Both the position numbers and the translations under genes were made by a program. This document shows, piece after piece, positions 46,863 through 56,115 of a stretch of DNA of 64,000 bases (positions are counted from its first letter, which is position 1; each line of letters opens with the position of its first letter). The notes beneath the pieces are model-generated. The model was not told the origin of the DNA, ran no database searches, and was given only the letters and a program-made list of their open reading frames with translations. The stretch covers positions 47,974 to 111,973 of the forward strand of contig JAKBAB010000001.1 of assembly GCA_021815645.1 (NCBI GenBank). Direction: 5' to 3'. This DNA comes from Actinomycetes bacterium (GTDB lineage Bacteria; Actinomycetota; Acidimicrobiia; Acidimicrobiales; RAAP-2).

Positions 46863-48290
46863 CTAAAACTCTAAATTGTGCATTACGTGCTTGATTCGGG
46901 TGTAGTCCTCGAATCCGTACACGGAAAGGTCCTTACCGTAGCCCGACTTTTTAAAACCTCCGTGCGGCATCTCGGCGACCAGGGGTATGTGGGTGTTAAT
47001 CCACACGCACCCAAAATCGAGATCCCTCGCGAAGCGCAGGGCCCGGCCGTGATCTCGCGTCCACACCGAGGAGGCCAGTCCGTACTCCACCCCATTAGCC
47101 CACGTCAGAGCTTCCGCTTCATCAGAGAACCGCTGGACCGTAATCACCGGCCCGAAGACCTCACTCTGGATCATCTCGTCGTCTTGACGCAGATCGGCCA
47201 CCACCGTGGGCGTCAAGTAGAACCCGTCGTCGCCGATTCGCTCGCCGCCACTGACCACCCGGGCGTGCGACGGCGTGCGGGAGAGAAACCCGTTGACCCG
47301 CTCAAACTGGTGCACGTTATTAAGAGGTCCGAAGAGCGCCTCTTCGTTGTCGGGGGCGCCCACGACGGTGGCGCTGGCTTGCGCGGCGAGGGCGTCAACG
47401 AACTCACCGTAGACCGACGCACCCGCGAGAACTCGGGTCGCGGCCGTGCAGTCCTGACCGGCGTTGAAGTAACCGGCGACGGCGATTGTCTCCACGGCCG
47501 CGGCGACGTCGACGTCGTCGAAAACCACCACCGGCGCCTTACCCCCTAGTTCAAGGTGGACTCGCTTGAGGTTGGTCGCGGCCGCACCGGCCACCTCGGT
47601 TCCGGCGCGAACCGACCCGGTGATCGAGACCATGGCGGGGGTCGGGTGATTCACCAAGTGACGGCCCGTGTCGCGGTCGCCGCACACCACGTTGAACACC
47701 CCTTCGGGTAGCACCTCAGCCATCAACTCGGCCATGAAGAGCGTCGACGCCGGTGTGGTGTCACTGGGCTTGAGCACCATCGTGTTACCGGCCGCCAGCG
47801 CCGGCGCCCACTTCCAAACCGCCATCATCATGGGGTAGTTCCACGGCGTAACGGCCGCGCAAACGCCCACCGGTTCGCGGCGAACGTAACTGGTCATTCC
47901 CTCCATGTACTCCGACGCGCCGCGACCCTCCAGCAGGCGCGCCGCGCCGGCGAAGAAACGGATCTGGTCGAGTAGGGGCGGGATCTCTTCACTCATCGTG
48001 ACCGAAAGAATCTTGCCGGTGTTCTCTGATTCGACGGCGACTAACTCCTCGGCACGCGCTTCAAATAAGTCGGCGATTTTGAGTAGCGAACGCGAACGCT
48101 GCGACGGTGTCGTGCGTCGCCAACCGGCGAAGGCGGCGGCCGCGACTCGCATCGCGTCGTCGACGTCCCCCTCGTCCGAGAGAGGGGATTCGGCGAACGC
48201 TCGCCCGGTGACTGGACTAATTAACTCGACGTACCGCCCCGCGCGCGGGGCGACGGAGCGCCCTCCGACGAAGTTCGCCAATCGACTCAT
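46863..48290 (-). CDS. Gamma-aminobutyraldehyde dehydrogenase (PatD-like)
   Basis: [49 protein letters not shown]. Confidence 0.9.
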   Translation of the reverse strand: MSRLANFVGGRSVAPRAGRYVELISPVTGRAFAESPLSDEGDVDDAMRVAAAAFAGWRRTTPSQRSRSLLKIADLFEARAEELVAVESENTGKILSVTMSEEIPPLLDQIRFFAGAARLLEGRGASEYMEGMTSYVRREPVGVCAAVTPWNYPMMMAVWKWAPALAAGNTMVLKPSDTTPASTLFMAELMAEVLPEGVFNVVCGDRDTGRHLVNHPTPAMVSITGSVRAGTEVAGAAATNLKRVHLELGGKAPVVVFDDVDVAAAVETIAVAGYFNAGQDCTAATRVLAGASVYGEFVDALAAQASATVVGAPDNEEALFGPLNNVHQFERVNGFLSRTPSHARVVSGGERIGDDGFYLTPTVVADLRQDDEMIQSEVFGPVITVQRFSDEAEALTWANGVEYGLASSVWTRDHGRALRFARDLDFGCVWINTHIPLVAEMPHGGFKKSGYGKDLSVYGFEDYTRIKHVMHNLEF

Positions 48291-48378
48291 AACGTCCCTC
48301 CTCGTGGCGCGTCGAGCGACGTCACCACCTGCCACTCTGCCAGAGATTACTTAGGTTACGCAACCGAAACGAGAGAAA

Positions 48379-48415
48379 TGAGTCGTGTATTCATATTTTT
48401 CGACTCAATCCGTCG
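48379..48415. promoter_or_regulatory. Candidate Lrp/AsnC operator region between divergent promoters
   Basis: TGAGTCG-N15(AT-rich)-CGACTCA inverted repeat overlapping the palindrome CGAC-N7-GTCG (48401-48415). Confidence 0.45.
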
Positions 48416-48472
48416 CCAAATGCCCCTATACTGAATATATCCGCAGCCACGGGACCGAGGTCACCGAGCGGG

Positions 48473-49006
48473 GTGAAACCAATGCCAGCCACTAAGCAAC
48501 CACGACACAGTTCCCCGAGCGACGAAGGTTCGGGCTTCGAACTGGTGAACTCCGCCCCCGGGGCACTCGACGCGGCCGACCGACAAATCATCGGCCTGCT
48601 CCAACGAGATGGGCGGCGTGCCTACGGCGCCATCGCCGAAGCGGTAGGGCTTTCCGAGGCCGCCGTTCGTCGGCGAGTCCAACGACTGCGCGACTCCGGA
48701 GTGATGCAGATAGTCGCGATCACCGACCCTCTCCAACTCGGCTACGGACGAGAGGCGCTCATTGGTATTCGCGTACACGGCGACGTTCGCCTCGTCGCTG
48801 ACAAAATCGCCGCCATCGACGAAGCGAATTACGTGGTTATGACCGCGGGCAGTTTCGACATCATCGCCGAAGTCATCGCCGAAGACGACAACGACCTAGT
48901 TCACCTACTCAATGATTCGATACGTTCCATTTCGGGCGTGACCGAAGTCGAAACTTTTTTGTACCTGAAGTTAGCTAAACAGACCTACGCATGGGGGACC
49001 AAGTGA
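48473..49006 (+). CDS. Lrp/AsnC family regulator
   Basis: LDAADRQII..LQRDGR, VGLSEAAVRRRVQRL, TAGSFD. Start 48473 or 48482. Confidence 0.93.
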   Translation: MKPMPATKQPRHSSPSDEGSGFELVNSAPGALDAADRQIIGLLQRDGRRAYGAIAEAVGLSEAAVRRRVQRLRDSGVMQIVAITDPLQLGYGREALIGIRVHGDVRLVADKIAAIDEANYVVMTAGSFDIIAEVIAEDDNDLVHLLNDSIRSISGVTEVETFLYLKLAKQTYAWGTK

Positions 49007-50424
49007 CACTGCACGAAACCATTACCGACGGTATCTCGGTGAGTGATGAACGAAACGCCAGCCATAAGTACTCCGAGCGAGCGCGACGGAACCTGTGGCT
49101 GCACATGTCGCGCATGGGGGCGTACGACGAGCACCACGAAGTGCCCATCATCGTACGCGGCGAGGGCGTTCACGTCTACGACGCGAACGGCACCCGGTAC
49201 TTCGACGGACTCGCCGGTCTGTTCACGAACTCGCTCGGGCACGGTCGCCGCGACGTAGCCGCGGCCGCGGCCGAGCAGATGGGTACGCTCACGTTCTTTC
49301 CCGTGTGGACCTACGCCCACCCCAGGGCCATCGAACTGGCCGAGCGACTGGCCGCGTTAGCCCCGGGTGACCTCAATCGCGTCTTCTTCACCACCGGCGG
49401 CGGCGAGGCCGTCGAGAGCGCGTGGAAATTAGCTCGCCAGTATCACAAAATGCGCGGTGATCTCGACCGCTACAAGGTAATCAGCCGCGACGTCGCTTAC
49501 CACGGGACAACGATGGGGGCGCTAACTATCACCTCCCTGGAGGGCTACCGCCTACCGTTTGAGCCACTGGTGCCCGGCGCGGTAAAAGTGCCGGCCGTGA
49601 ACTTCTACCGGGCCGACCGCCACGGCGACGACTTCGAGGCCTTCGGCCTGTGGCAGGCTCAGCAGATTGAAGAGGCGATCGTGCGCGAGGGGCCCGAAAC
49701 CGTGGCCGCAGTCTTCCTGGAACCGGTACAAAACGCGGGCGGCTGTTTCGTTCCACCGGCGAGTTACTGGGGGGCGGTTCGCGAAATCTGCGACCGGTAC
49801 GGAGTTCTACTGGTTTCGGACGAGGTGATCTGCGCCTTTGGCCGCATCGGCACCTGGTTCGGGGGACAGAAGTACGACTACGTTCCCGACATCATTACCT
49901 GCGCGAAAGGCATCACCGCCGGTTACGCCCCGCTGGGCGCGATGATTGTGTCGGATCGCGTGGCCGAACCCTTTCAGCACGACGACGCGGCCTTCGTCCA
50001 CGGCTTTACGTGGGCGGGCCACCCCGCGTCGTGCGCGGTCGCGCTCAAGGTACTAGACATCCTTGAGGAAGAGAGAGTTCTCGAGAACGTCCGAGCCAAC
50101 GAGACGTACTTTCACGACAGTCTCGAGTCGTTGAAGGACATCCCCATCGTGGGTGACGTCCGCGGAACGGGCTACTTCTGGGGAATCGAACTCGTGAAGG
50201 ATCAAGCCACCAAAGAGACGTGGGCGGGCGAAGACGCCGAGCGACTCCTGCGCGGCTACGTGTCGCCCGAAATGTTCCGTCGCGGTCTGATCTGTCGTTC
50301 CGACGACCGTGGCGACCCCGTCGTTCAGCTCGCGCCCCCACTGGTGTCGACCCGTGAGGACATCGACTTCATGACGGAAGTCTTGCGCGACGTCTTCAGC
50401 GGAGCGTCCCGCCTCAATCACTAG
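49003..50424 (+). CDS. Class III aminotransferase (putrescine/omega-amine:pyruvate type)
   Basis: TTGGGEAVE, YHGTT, EPVQNAGG, DEVICAFGR, CAKG, HGFTW. Start uncertain (49003/49039). Confidence 0.9.
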   Translation: MTLHETITDGISVSDERNASHKYSERARRNLWLHMSRMGAYDEHHEVPIIVRGEGVHVYDANGTRYFDGLAGLFTNSLGHGRRDVAAAAAEQMGTLTFFPVWTYAHPRAIELAERLAALAPGDLNRVFFTTGGGEAVESAWKLARQYHKMRGDLDRYKVISRDVAYHGTTMGALTITSLEGYRLPFEPLVPGAVKVPAVNFYRADRHGDDFEAFGLWQAQQIEEAIVREGPETVAAVFLEPVQNAGGCFVPPASYWGAVREICDRYGVLLVSDEVICAFGRIGTWFGGQKYDYVPDIITCAKGITAGYAPLGAMIVSDRVAEPFQHDDAAFVHGFTWAGHPASCAVALKVLDILEEERVLENVRANETYFHDSLESLKDIPIVGDVRGTGYFWGIELVKDQATKETWAGEDAERLLRGYVSPEMFRRGLICRSDDRGDPVVQLAPPLVSTREDIDFMTEVLRDVFSGASRLNH

Positions 50425-51824
50425 TGATTGCCCCAGACTCCCTCTGGTGGTCGTCGCTACCGCACCCCGTGACGGCGCGGCCCCGTCTGAACCAACACCT
50501 CGACGTCGACGTAGCCATCGTCGGCGGTGGCTTCACCGGGCTGTGGTGCGCGCGGGAACTTAAGAGACGCGACCCCACGCTCCGCGTGGTGGTCCTGGAA
50601 AAAGAGGTCTGCGGCTTCGGTGCGTCGGGTCGAAACGGTGGGTGGGCGTCGGCCCTGTACCCACTGAGCGACGGGGCCGTCGTCGCGCGTCACGGCCACG
50701 ACGCCCAGCGCGCTCTGTCGCAGGAACTCGAACGGGCCGTCGTCGCCCTGGGCGTTGCGGCGCGCGATGACGCTATAGACGCCCACTACGTGCGCGGGGG
50801 AACCCTCACCTTCGCTCAAAGTGAGATACAGGCCGCACGCCTTAAGGAGTCGGTGCGCGCCGCTCGGGAGCGAGGCGTCGCGCCCGAAGACCTGTCGTGG
50901 CTCGAACGTGAGGAACTCATCGGGAGGGGCCATTTGGCCGGTTCCCTAGGGGCCACCTACTCACCGCACTGCGCGCGCATTCACCCGGCTCGGCTAGCGC
51001 GGGGCCTAGCCGAAGTGACCGAACGCCTAGGCGTATCAATCTTCGAAGGCACGACCGTGACGCGAATCATCGGCGCGCGGGGAACGAAACCGGCCCAGGT
51101 AGTAACCGCGAACGCCACCGTACACGCTCGTTACGTCGTGCGCGCCACCGAAGGGTTCACACCGACTTTGCCCGGTCAGCGGCGCCGCGTGGCGCCCCTC
51201 TACTCGTTGATGATCGCCACCGAACCCCAGAGCCCCGAGTTCTGGGCGGAGGCCGGATTCGCCAACTACGAAACGTTCGCCGACGACCGCCACCTCATCA
51301 TTTACGGGCAGCGCACCAACGACGACCGAATTGCCTTCGGCGGACGCGGCGCTCCGTACCACTTTTCGTCAAGCGTAGAAGAGCGATTCGACGCTAACGC
51401 GAAGGTGTTCCGCGCGCTCGAGCAAACTTTGCGCGGGCTCTTCCCGCACCTACGCGGAGAGGTAACGCACCGCTGGGGCGGACCCATCGCGCTACCGCGC
51501 GACCTTTCACCCGCGGTCACAATCGACCACACTTCGGGGCTGGCGTCGGCCGGGGGTTACACCGGTGACGGGGTCGTGCTCAGTTACGTCGCCGCGAACT
51601 GCCTGGCCAACCTCATATGTGCGCCCGAAGAGGAGACCGCCTTTACCCGACTGCCCTTCGTACACCATCAATCCAAACTGTGGGAGCCGGAGCCTCTACG
51701 ATGGCTGGGCATTAACGCCGGGCTGGCCCTGGCGACTTGGGCCGACCACGTCGAAGCACGTCGCGGCCGCACCAGTCGCGCGAGCCACACTCTCGATCGT
51801 CTGTTCAACCAGTTCCCCCCCTAG
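50424..51824 (+). CDS. FAD-dependent oxidoreductase (PuuB/OrdL-like)
   Basis: GGGFTGLW, GASGRNGG, IHPARLARGL, GGYTGDGV. Confidence 0.9.
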   Translation: MIAPDSLWWSSLPHPVTARPRLNQHLDVDVAIVGGGFTGLWCARELKRRDPTLRVVVLEKEVCGFGASGRNGGWASALYPLSDGAVVARHGHDAQRALSQELERAVVALGVAARDDAIDAHYVRGGTLTFAQSEIQAARLKESVRAARERGVAPEDLSWLEREELIGRGHLAGSLGATYSPHCARIHPARLARGLAEVTERLGVSIFEGTTVTRIIGARGTKPAQVVTANATVHARYVVRATEGFTPTLPGQRRRVAPLYSLMIATEPQSPEFWAEAGFANYETFADDRHLIIYGQRTNDDRIAFGGRGAPYHFSSSVEERFDANAKVFRALEQTLRGLFPHLRGEVTHRWGGPIALPRDLSPAVTIDHTSGLASAGGYTGDGVVLSYVAANCLANLICAPEEETAFTRLPFVHHQSKLWEPEPLRWLGINAGLALATWADHVEARRGRTSRASHTLDRLFNQFPP

Positions 51825-51850
51825 GAGTTGCCCGGGCACTAAACACGCGG

Positions 51851-52489
51851 CTAGTTCAAGATGTTGACCGCGCGAGCGGCGACTATGGCGATGGTGACGA
51901 AGGAGATAACGGACTCGCCGGCGAAGAGGGCTTTGGCGGGACCGCTCAGGGGCATCGCGTCCGCGGGCGCGAAACTCGTGCCGTTGGCGAAAGACGTGTA
52001 CAGGTAGTCAAAGAATCGCGGACGCCATTGGGCGACAGCGAGTGAAGGGTTCTCCATCTGAGGAAACTGAATGTCGGGCCACCGGCTCTCGGTTCCCGCG
52101 CGCCGGTGGGGTCCGCCGCGGTCCAACTCCCAAAACCACAGCCCGAAGATTATGACGTTCGTCAGCCAGATCGACACCGCGGAGAACGCCAATTGACGGC
52201 CCTGGGCAACGTGGGAGTTGAGCAGACGACTAACCAGGAGTACGAGCGACCCGGCGTTAGCCACCGTGACGGTTGCGATCAGCGCCACGCTGAGGCGCCG
52301 AACCCACGGTGCGTCGTCCGGGCGGCGATGGCGGCGCGTCGACAGGGGGACGAGGGGTAGAACTACGAGGGTCGGGAGTAGCCACGGGGGTCCGACGACG
52401 AGTCGCTGCGGTAGGGCTACGTATAGTGCGGCGCACGCCACCAGCGCGAGTGACGCCGGCCAGCGCGGTTCGTCACGCGGCGCGTCCAC
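51851..52489 (-). CDS. DUF1345-like membrane protein
   Basis: WFWELDRGGP, FPQM, WRPRFFDYLY.SF.N.TSF.P.D.MPL, ARAVNIL. Confidence 0.8.
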   Translation of the reverse strand: MDAPRDEPRWPASLALVACAALYVALPQRLVVGPPWLLPTLVVLPLVPLSTRRHRRPDDAPWVRRLSVALIATVTVANAGSLVLLVSRLLNSHVAQGRQLAFSAVSIWLTNVIIFGLWFWELDRGGPHRRAGTESRWPDIQFPQMENPSLAVAQWRPRFFDYLYTSFANGTSFAPADAMPLSGPAKALFAGESVISFVTIAIVAARAVNILN

Positions 52490-52493
52490 GGCG

Positions 52494-53285
52494 CTAACTC
52501 AGTCGCGTAACGGGCAGAGCGAGAAAGTTACGTGGAACGACGAAAGAGGAGAAACTTTGACTGCGCAGCAGGGCGGCCGCGGCGCTCGCCGATAGGGCCC
52601 GTACGTCGCCGCCCAGCGGTCGGGCGACGGAGACGGACTGGTTGTAGTGAAGGACCGCTATCGATATCGTCGTTACTCGACGCTTCGAAGTGACGCGCAG
52701 TGAACTCGCCGTGACTTCACCCTGGGAGCCGGTGGTAATCGACCAGAGCAGTGAACCGAGCGACGACGGCGACGACGAGCTCAGGGGTGAACCGACCGCG
52801 ACGTCGTGGCGCGTAAAGTAGTACGTCGTCGCGTAGCCACTCTTCGAAGTGGATTTGGCGAAACCGTTAATGAGGTAAAGGTCGGGCTTGGTGAGTTCCA
52901 GCGCGACGCCAAAGAGCGACGGGGCCCGCAGAGTCAGTCCGAACCACGGTCCACTCGAGACGTTGGCCGACCGAACGTACAGCTCGTCGGCGATCAGGCG
53001 CGCCTCGACGGCCGCCGAGTTGCTCGCCGTGGGAAAGTGAACGATTGCGTCAACCCGATTGTTGGTGAAATTAACGGACACGTTCGCACTGAGCGCCACC
53101 GATGAGCCGTTCGAGACGCTCACCTGGAGAGTTGCGCTCTTCGGGGGATAGCCATTTAGCGCGAGAGGATCGCGCGCCACCCCCGCGGGATTGGGGTCCG
53201 TCGCCGCGACGACGACTCCGGTGACGGTCAGGGCGAGGGCCAGAACCGCCAGCGCCAGAGCCCCCCCACGTCGACGATTCGGCAC
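52494..53285 (-). CDS. Secreted/anchored hypothetical protein, beta-rich
   Basis: Basic N-terminus plus hydrophobic helix, Ser/Thr-rich body. TAGGGT-N6-GTG. Confidence 0.7.
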   Translation of the reverse strand: MPNRRRGGALALAVLALALTVTGVVVAATDPNPAGVARDPLALNGYPPKSATLQVSVSNGSSVALSANVSVNFTNNRVDAIVHFPTASNSAAVEARLIADELYVRSANVSSGPWFGLTLRAPSLFGVALELTKPDLYLINGFAKSTSKSGYATTYYFTRHDVAVGSPLSSSSPSSLGSLLWSITTGSQGEVTASSLRVTSKRRVTTISIAVLHYNQSVSVARPLGGDVRALSASAAAALLRSQSFSSFVVPRNFLALPVTRLS

Positions 53286-53311
53286 GACGCCACCCTAGTG
53301 CTTCCCTAAAT

Positions 53312-54295
53312 CTAGGAAGGATCGGCCGTGCCCTCTCCGACGAGTTCGACCAAAAGCTCGTGCGAAATGTTACGCCCGCTCGCTACGAAGCCAATCCGAG
53401 AACCTTCATCGCCGACGCGCTGATTGGCGATGGCGGCGTGGGCCGCGGCGGCGGAGCCTTCGAGGAGCAGACCGTTACTCTCGAGTACCTCGCGCACGGC
53501 GTGGCGAATTTCGACTTCCGGCACGAGCACCAGGTCCACACCGCTCTTGGCGACGATCTCGTTGGTCACCGCGCCTTCGTCGCCACCGCCCGCCAAGCCG
53601 TCGGCGATGGTCGGGCCGTGCACGACGTCGCTCATCGACGCCCCGCGCAGTACGTGGTAAAGCGCGGCACTGACTTCGGGCTGCACACCGGTCACGCGGA
53701 CGTCGCTTCGACCGTGCGCGTCGCGCGAAATCAGTGTCCCCGAAATTAGTCCGCCCCCACCCACCGAAACCACGAGGTGCTCAATGTCGGGCACCTGGCG
53801 CAACATTTCGTCAAACATGGTCGACTGACCAGAGATCACGTCACTGTCGTTGAACGCTGATATGAACCGCATCGAGTGGTCTTGCGCGTAACTCTTAGCG
53901 AACCCCTGCGCTTCGTCAAAGGAAGAGCCGTGCTGGAGTAGTTCAATGTCGTAGGAGGCGAGCTTTCGCACTTTGGCCGCCGACGCGTTTTCGGGAACCA
54001 CCACCGTGGCTCGCACGCCCAACAGACTCGACGCGTGGGCTATGCCGAGGCCGTGATTGCCCGCCGACGCCGTCACGACCGCGCCGCCGGGGTCGGCGGA
54101 CCGGGCCGCATCAACGGCCGCGAGGGCTCCGCGTATTTTGAACGAACCCGTTACCTGGAACGTCTCGAGCTTCACGTACACCGGCCGCCCCCGGACGCTA
54201 ACGACCACCGTCGGAGTTGGCTCTACGTAACGCGCTACGGTGGCGCGAGCGTGTTCCAGCTGTTCGTTCGTGGGGGGCAACACCGTTGGCGCCAT
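53312..54295 (-). CDS. PLP-dependent threonine/serine dehydratase family enzyme (no ACT domain)
   Basis: TGSFKIRGA, ASAGNHG, VGGGGL, TIADGL. TAAGGT-N7-ATG at 54295. Confidence 0.88.
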   Translation of the reverse strand: MAPTVLPPTNEQLEHARATVARYVEPTPTVVVSVRGRPVYVKLETFQVTGSFKIRGALAAVDAARSADPGGAVVTASAGNHGLGIAHASSLLGVRATVVVPENASAAKVRKLASYDIELLQHGSSFDEAQGFAKSYAQDHSMRFISAFNDSDVISGQSTMFDEMLRQVPDIEHLVVSVGGGGLISGTLISRDAHGRSDVRVTGVQPEVSAALYHVLRGASMSDVVHGPTIADGLAGGGDEGAVTNEIVAKSGVDLVLVPEVEIRHAVREVLESNGLLLEGSAAAAHAAIANQRVGDEGSRIGFVASGRNISHELLVELVGEGTADPS

Positions 54296-54355
54296 CGGGT
54301 CCACCTTAGTGTTACGTCCCTCGGGTCTTTTCGTACTCTCAAGTAATCTCACGGC

Positions 54356-54919
54356 GTGACCACCGTGTTGACCGACGTCGTCGTCGCGGGTCTCGCCTTC
54401 GTCGGAACGACCTTCGACGACTTCGTCTCGCTAACCGCCCAGCTCCTCGTCACTGACCCACTGCGGTACCGCCGCGTGTGGTGGGCGCACGCCCTGGCGC
54501 TCGCGACCGTGGCCGCTCTCGCCACCGCCCTCGGCGCGGCCCTCGGTGCAGTACCCATTCGCTGGCTCGCCGTGTTAGCTCTCGCTCCGCTCTCCTTCGC
54601 GATCTATTCGTGGCGCCATCGAAGGGCGAGCGCCCCAAAGCTTCGCCGGGGCGCCATAACGACGTTCGTCGTGACACTCGGGCTCGGTGGTGACAACGTA
54701 GCGGTGTGGGTACCACTGCTTCGACCGCACGACCTAACAAAAACGTCCGTAACGCTGATCACCTTTATCGCTTTGGAATTTCTACTTCTGTTCGCGGCGC
54801 GCGCCTTTACCCACCTCCCGCGGCTCGTTCGCTGGGCCGACACGTACTCGCCAATGGTCGCGCCCTTCGTCTACGGCGCGCTGGGCGTCCTCGTACTCTT
54901 CGAGTGCCACCTCCTATGA
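54356..54919 (+). CDS. Cadmium resistance transporter (CadD) family protein
   Basis: GTTFDD and GGDNVAVWVP motifs, hydrophobic. Confidence 0.8.
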   Translation: MTTVLTDVVVAGLAFVGTTFDDFVSLTAQLLVTDPLRYRRVWWAHALALATVAALATALGAALGAVPIRWLAVLALAPLSFAIYSWRHRRASAPKLRRGAITTFVVTLGLGGDNVAVWVPLLRPHDLTKTSVTLITFIALEFLLLFAARAFTHLPRLVRWADTYSPMVAPFVYGALGVLVLFECHLL

Positions 54920-54958
54920 CCGCTCGCGACGCGAAGGGCGGCCGGTAGCGTAGAGACC

Positions 54959-56110
54959 ATGGCCGTTAGTGCGCAGCAGTCCCTGCGGCGCCTCACGATC
55001 ATCGTGGCCATGCAGTGGATGGGCGCCACGCTCGGGCTGCCCCTGCTGCCCCTCTTCCTCGAGCAGCGACGTGGGACCGCGTCACTAGTGGGCCTCGTGA
55101 TGGCGTCGTTCTTCCTCGCCGGCGTGGCCACCCAGTTCCTATTCGGTCGCGTCTCGGACCGCTTCGGACGGCGCCGGGTTCTCGTTTTGGGACTCGTGTC
55201 CTACGGCGTGGCGAGCATGTCCTACCTACTGCCGGTGGGTGCCGGGTGGTTCGCCGTCACTCGGGCGGTGCAGGGGGCTTCGGCGGGCGCCATTGAAGTG
55301 GCCTCACTGTCGGCCGTCGCGGCGCTCTTTAGCGAACAGACCCGCGGTCGGGCGGTATCGAAGATCCTGGCCGCCCAACTCTTCGGCATCGCGGTCGGGC
55401 CACTGGTCGGTTCCGCGGCGTCGGTGGGCGACCTCGGTTGGGCCTTCTTCGCTACCGGACTCGCGAGCCTCGCCGCCGCCTTCGTAGCGTCACGAATCAC
55501 TCTCGGGGACCGCGCTTACAGCGCTACCCCACTACCGAAGTTGCGTTGGAGTAACCAACTACGCGGGGCACTGATGGCCGCCGTCGCCTCAGGATTGGTC
55601 ATCGGCGTCTACGAGGGCTGTTGGACTTTATTGCTCCACGCGCACCACGCCACCACGCTCCAGATTCGTCTCAGTTGGACGATGTTCGCGTTGCCGTGGG
55701 TGGCGTTGGCCCGAGTGGGGGGATGGCTGGCCGATCACGGCAATCGACGCGTCACGGCCCTAGCGGGGCTCATCAGTGGCGCGCTCTTCCTCGCTCTGTA
55801 CCCCCACGTGCACAACAACGTGGTGATGCTCTTCTTAGGGTCGGTGGAGTCAATTGGCGCGGCGCTGTCGGTCCCCTCGATTTCATCTCTGATGAGTCAG
55901 GGTGCGAGCGACCACGAACTCGGTCGCCGCCAGGGTCTCTACACGACTTCGTCTACGGGCGCACTCGCGGTCGCCGCCGGTCTATCGGGCGTCCTCTTCA
56001 CAATAAATACGGCCCTGCCGTTCGCGGCGGCGGCGGCGGCGTCAATCGCTTTCGCTCTAACGACTCTCTACTGGTGGCGTCACGTTGAGGGCCGCGTCCC
56101 TCACCCGTGA
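54959..56110 (+). CDS. MFS transporter
   Basis: GRVSDRFGRRR, GWLADHGNRR. Confidence 0.9.
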   Translation: MAVSAQQSLRRLTIIVAMQWMGATLGLPLLPLFLEQRRGTASLVGLVMASFFLAGVATQFLFGRVSDRFGRRRVLVLGLVSYGVASMSYLLPVGAGWFAVTRAVQGASAGAIEVASLSAVAALFSEQTRGRAVSKILAAQLFGIAVGPLVGSAASVGDLGWAFFATGLASLAAAFVASRITLGDRAYSATPLPKLRWSNQLRGALMAAVASGLVIGVYEGCWTLLLHAHHATTLQIRLSWTMFALPWVALARVGGWLADHGNRRVTALAGLISGALFLALYPHVHNNVVMLFLGSVESIGAALSVPSISSLMSQGASDHELGRRQGLYTTSSTGALAVAAGLSGVLFTINTALPFAAAAAASIAFALTTLYWWRHVEGRVPHP

Positions 56111-56115
56111 CTCGA

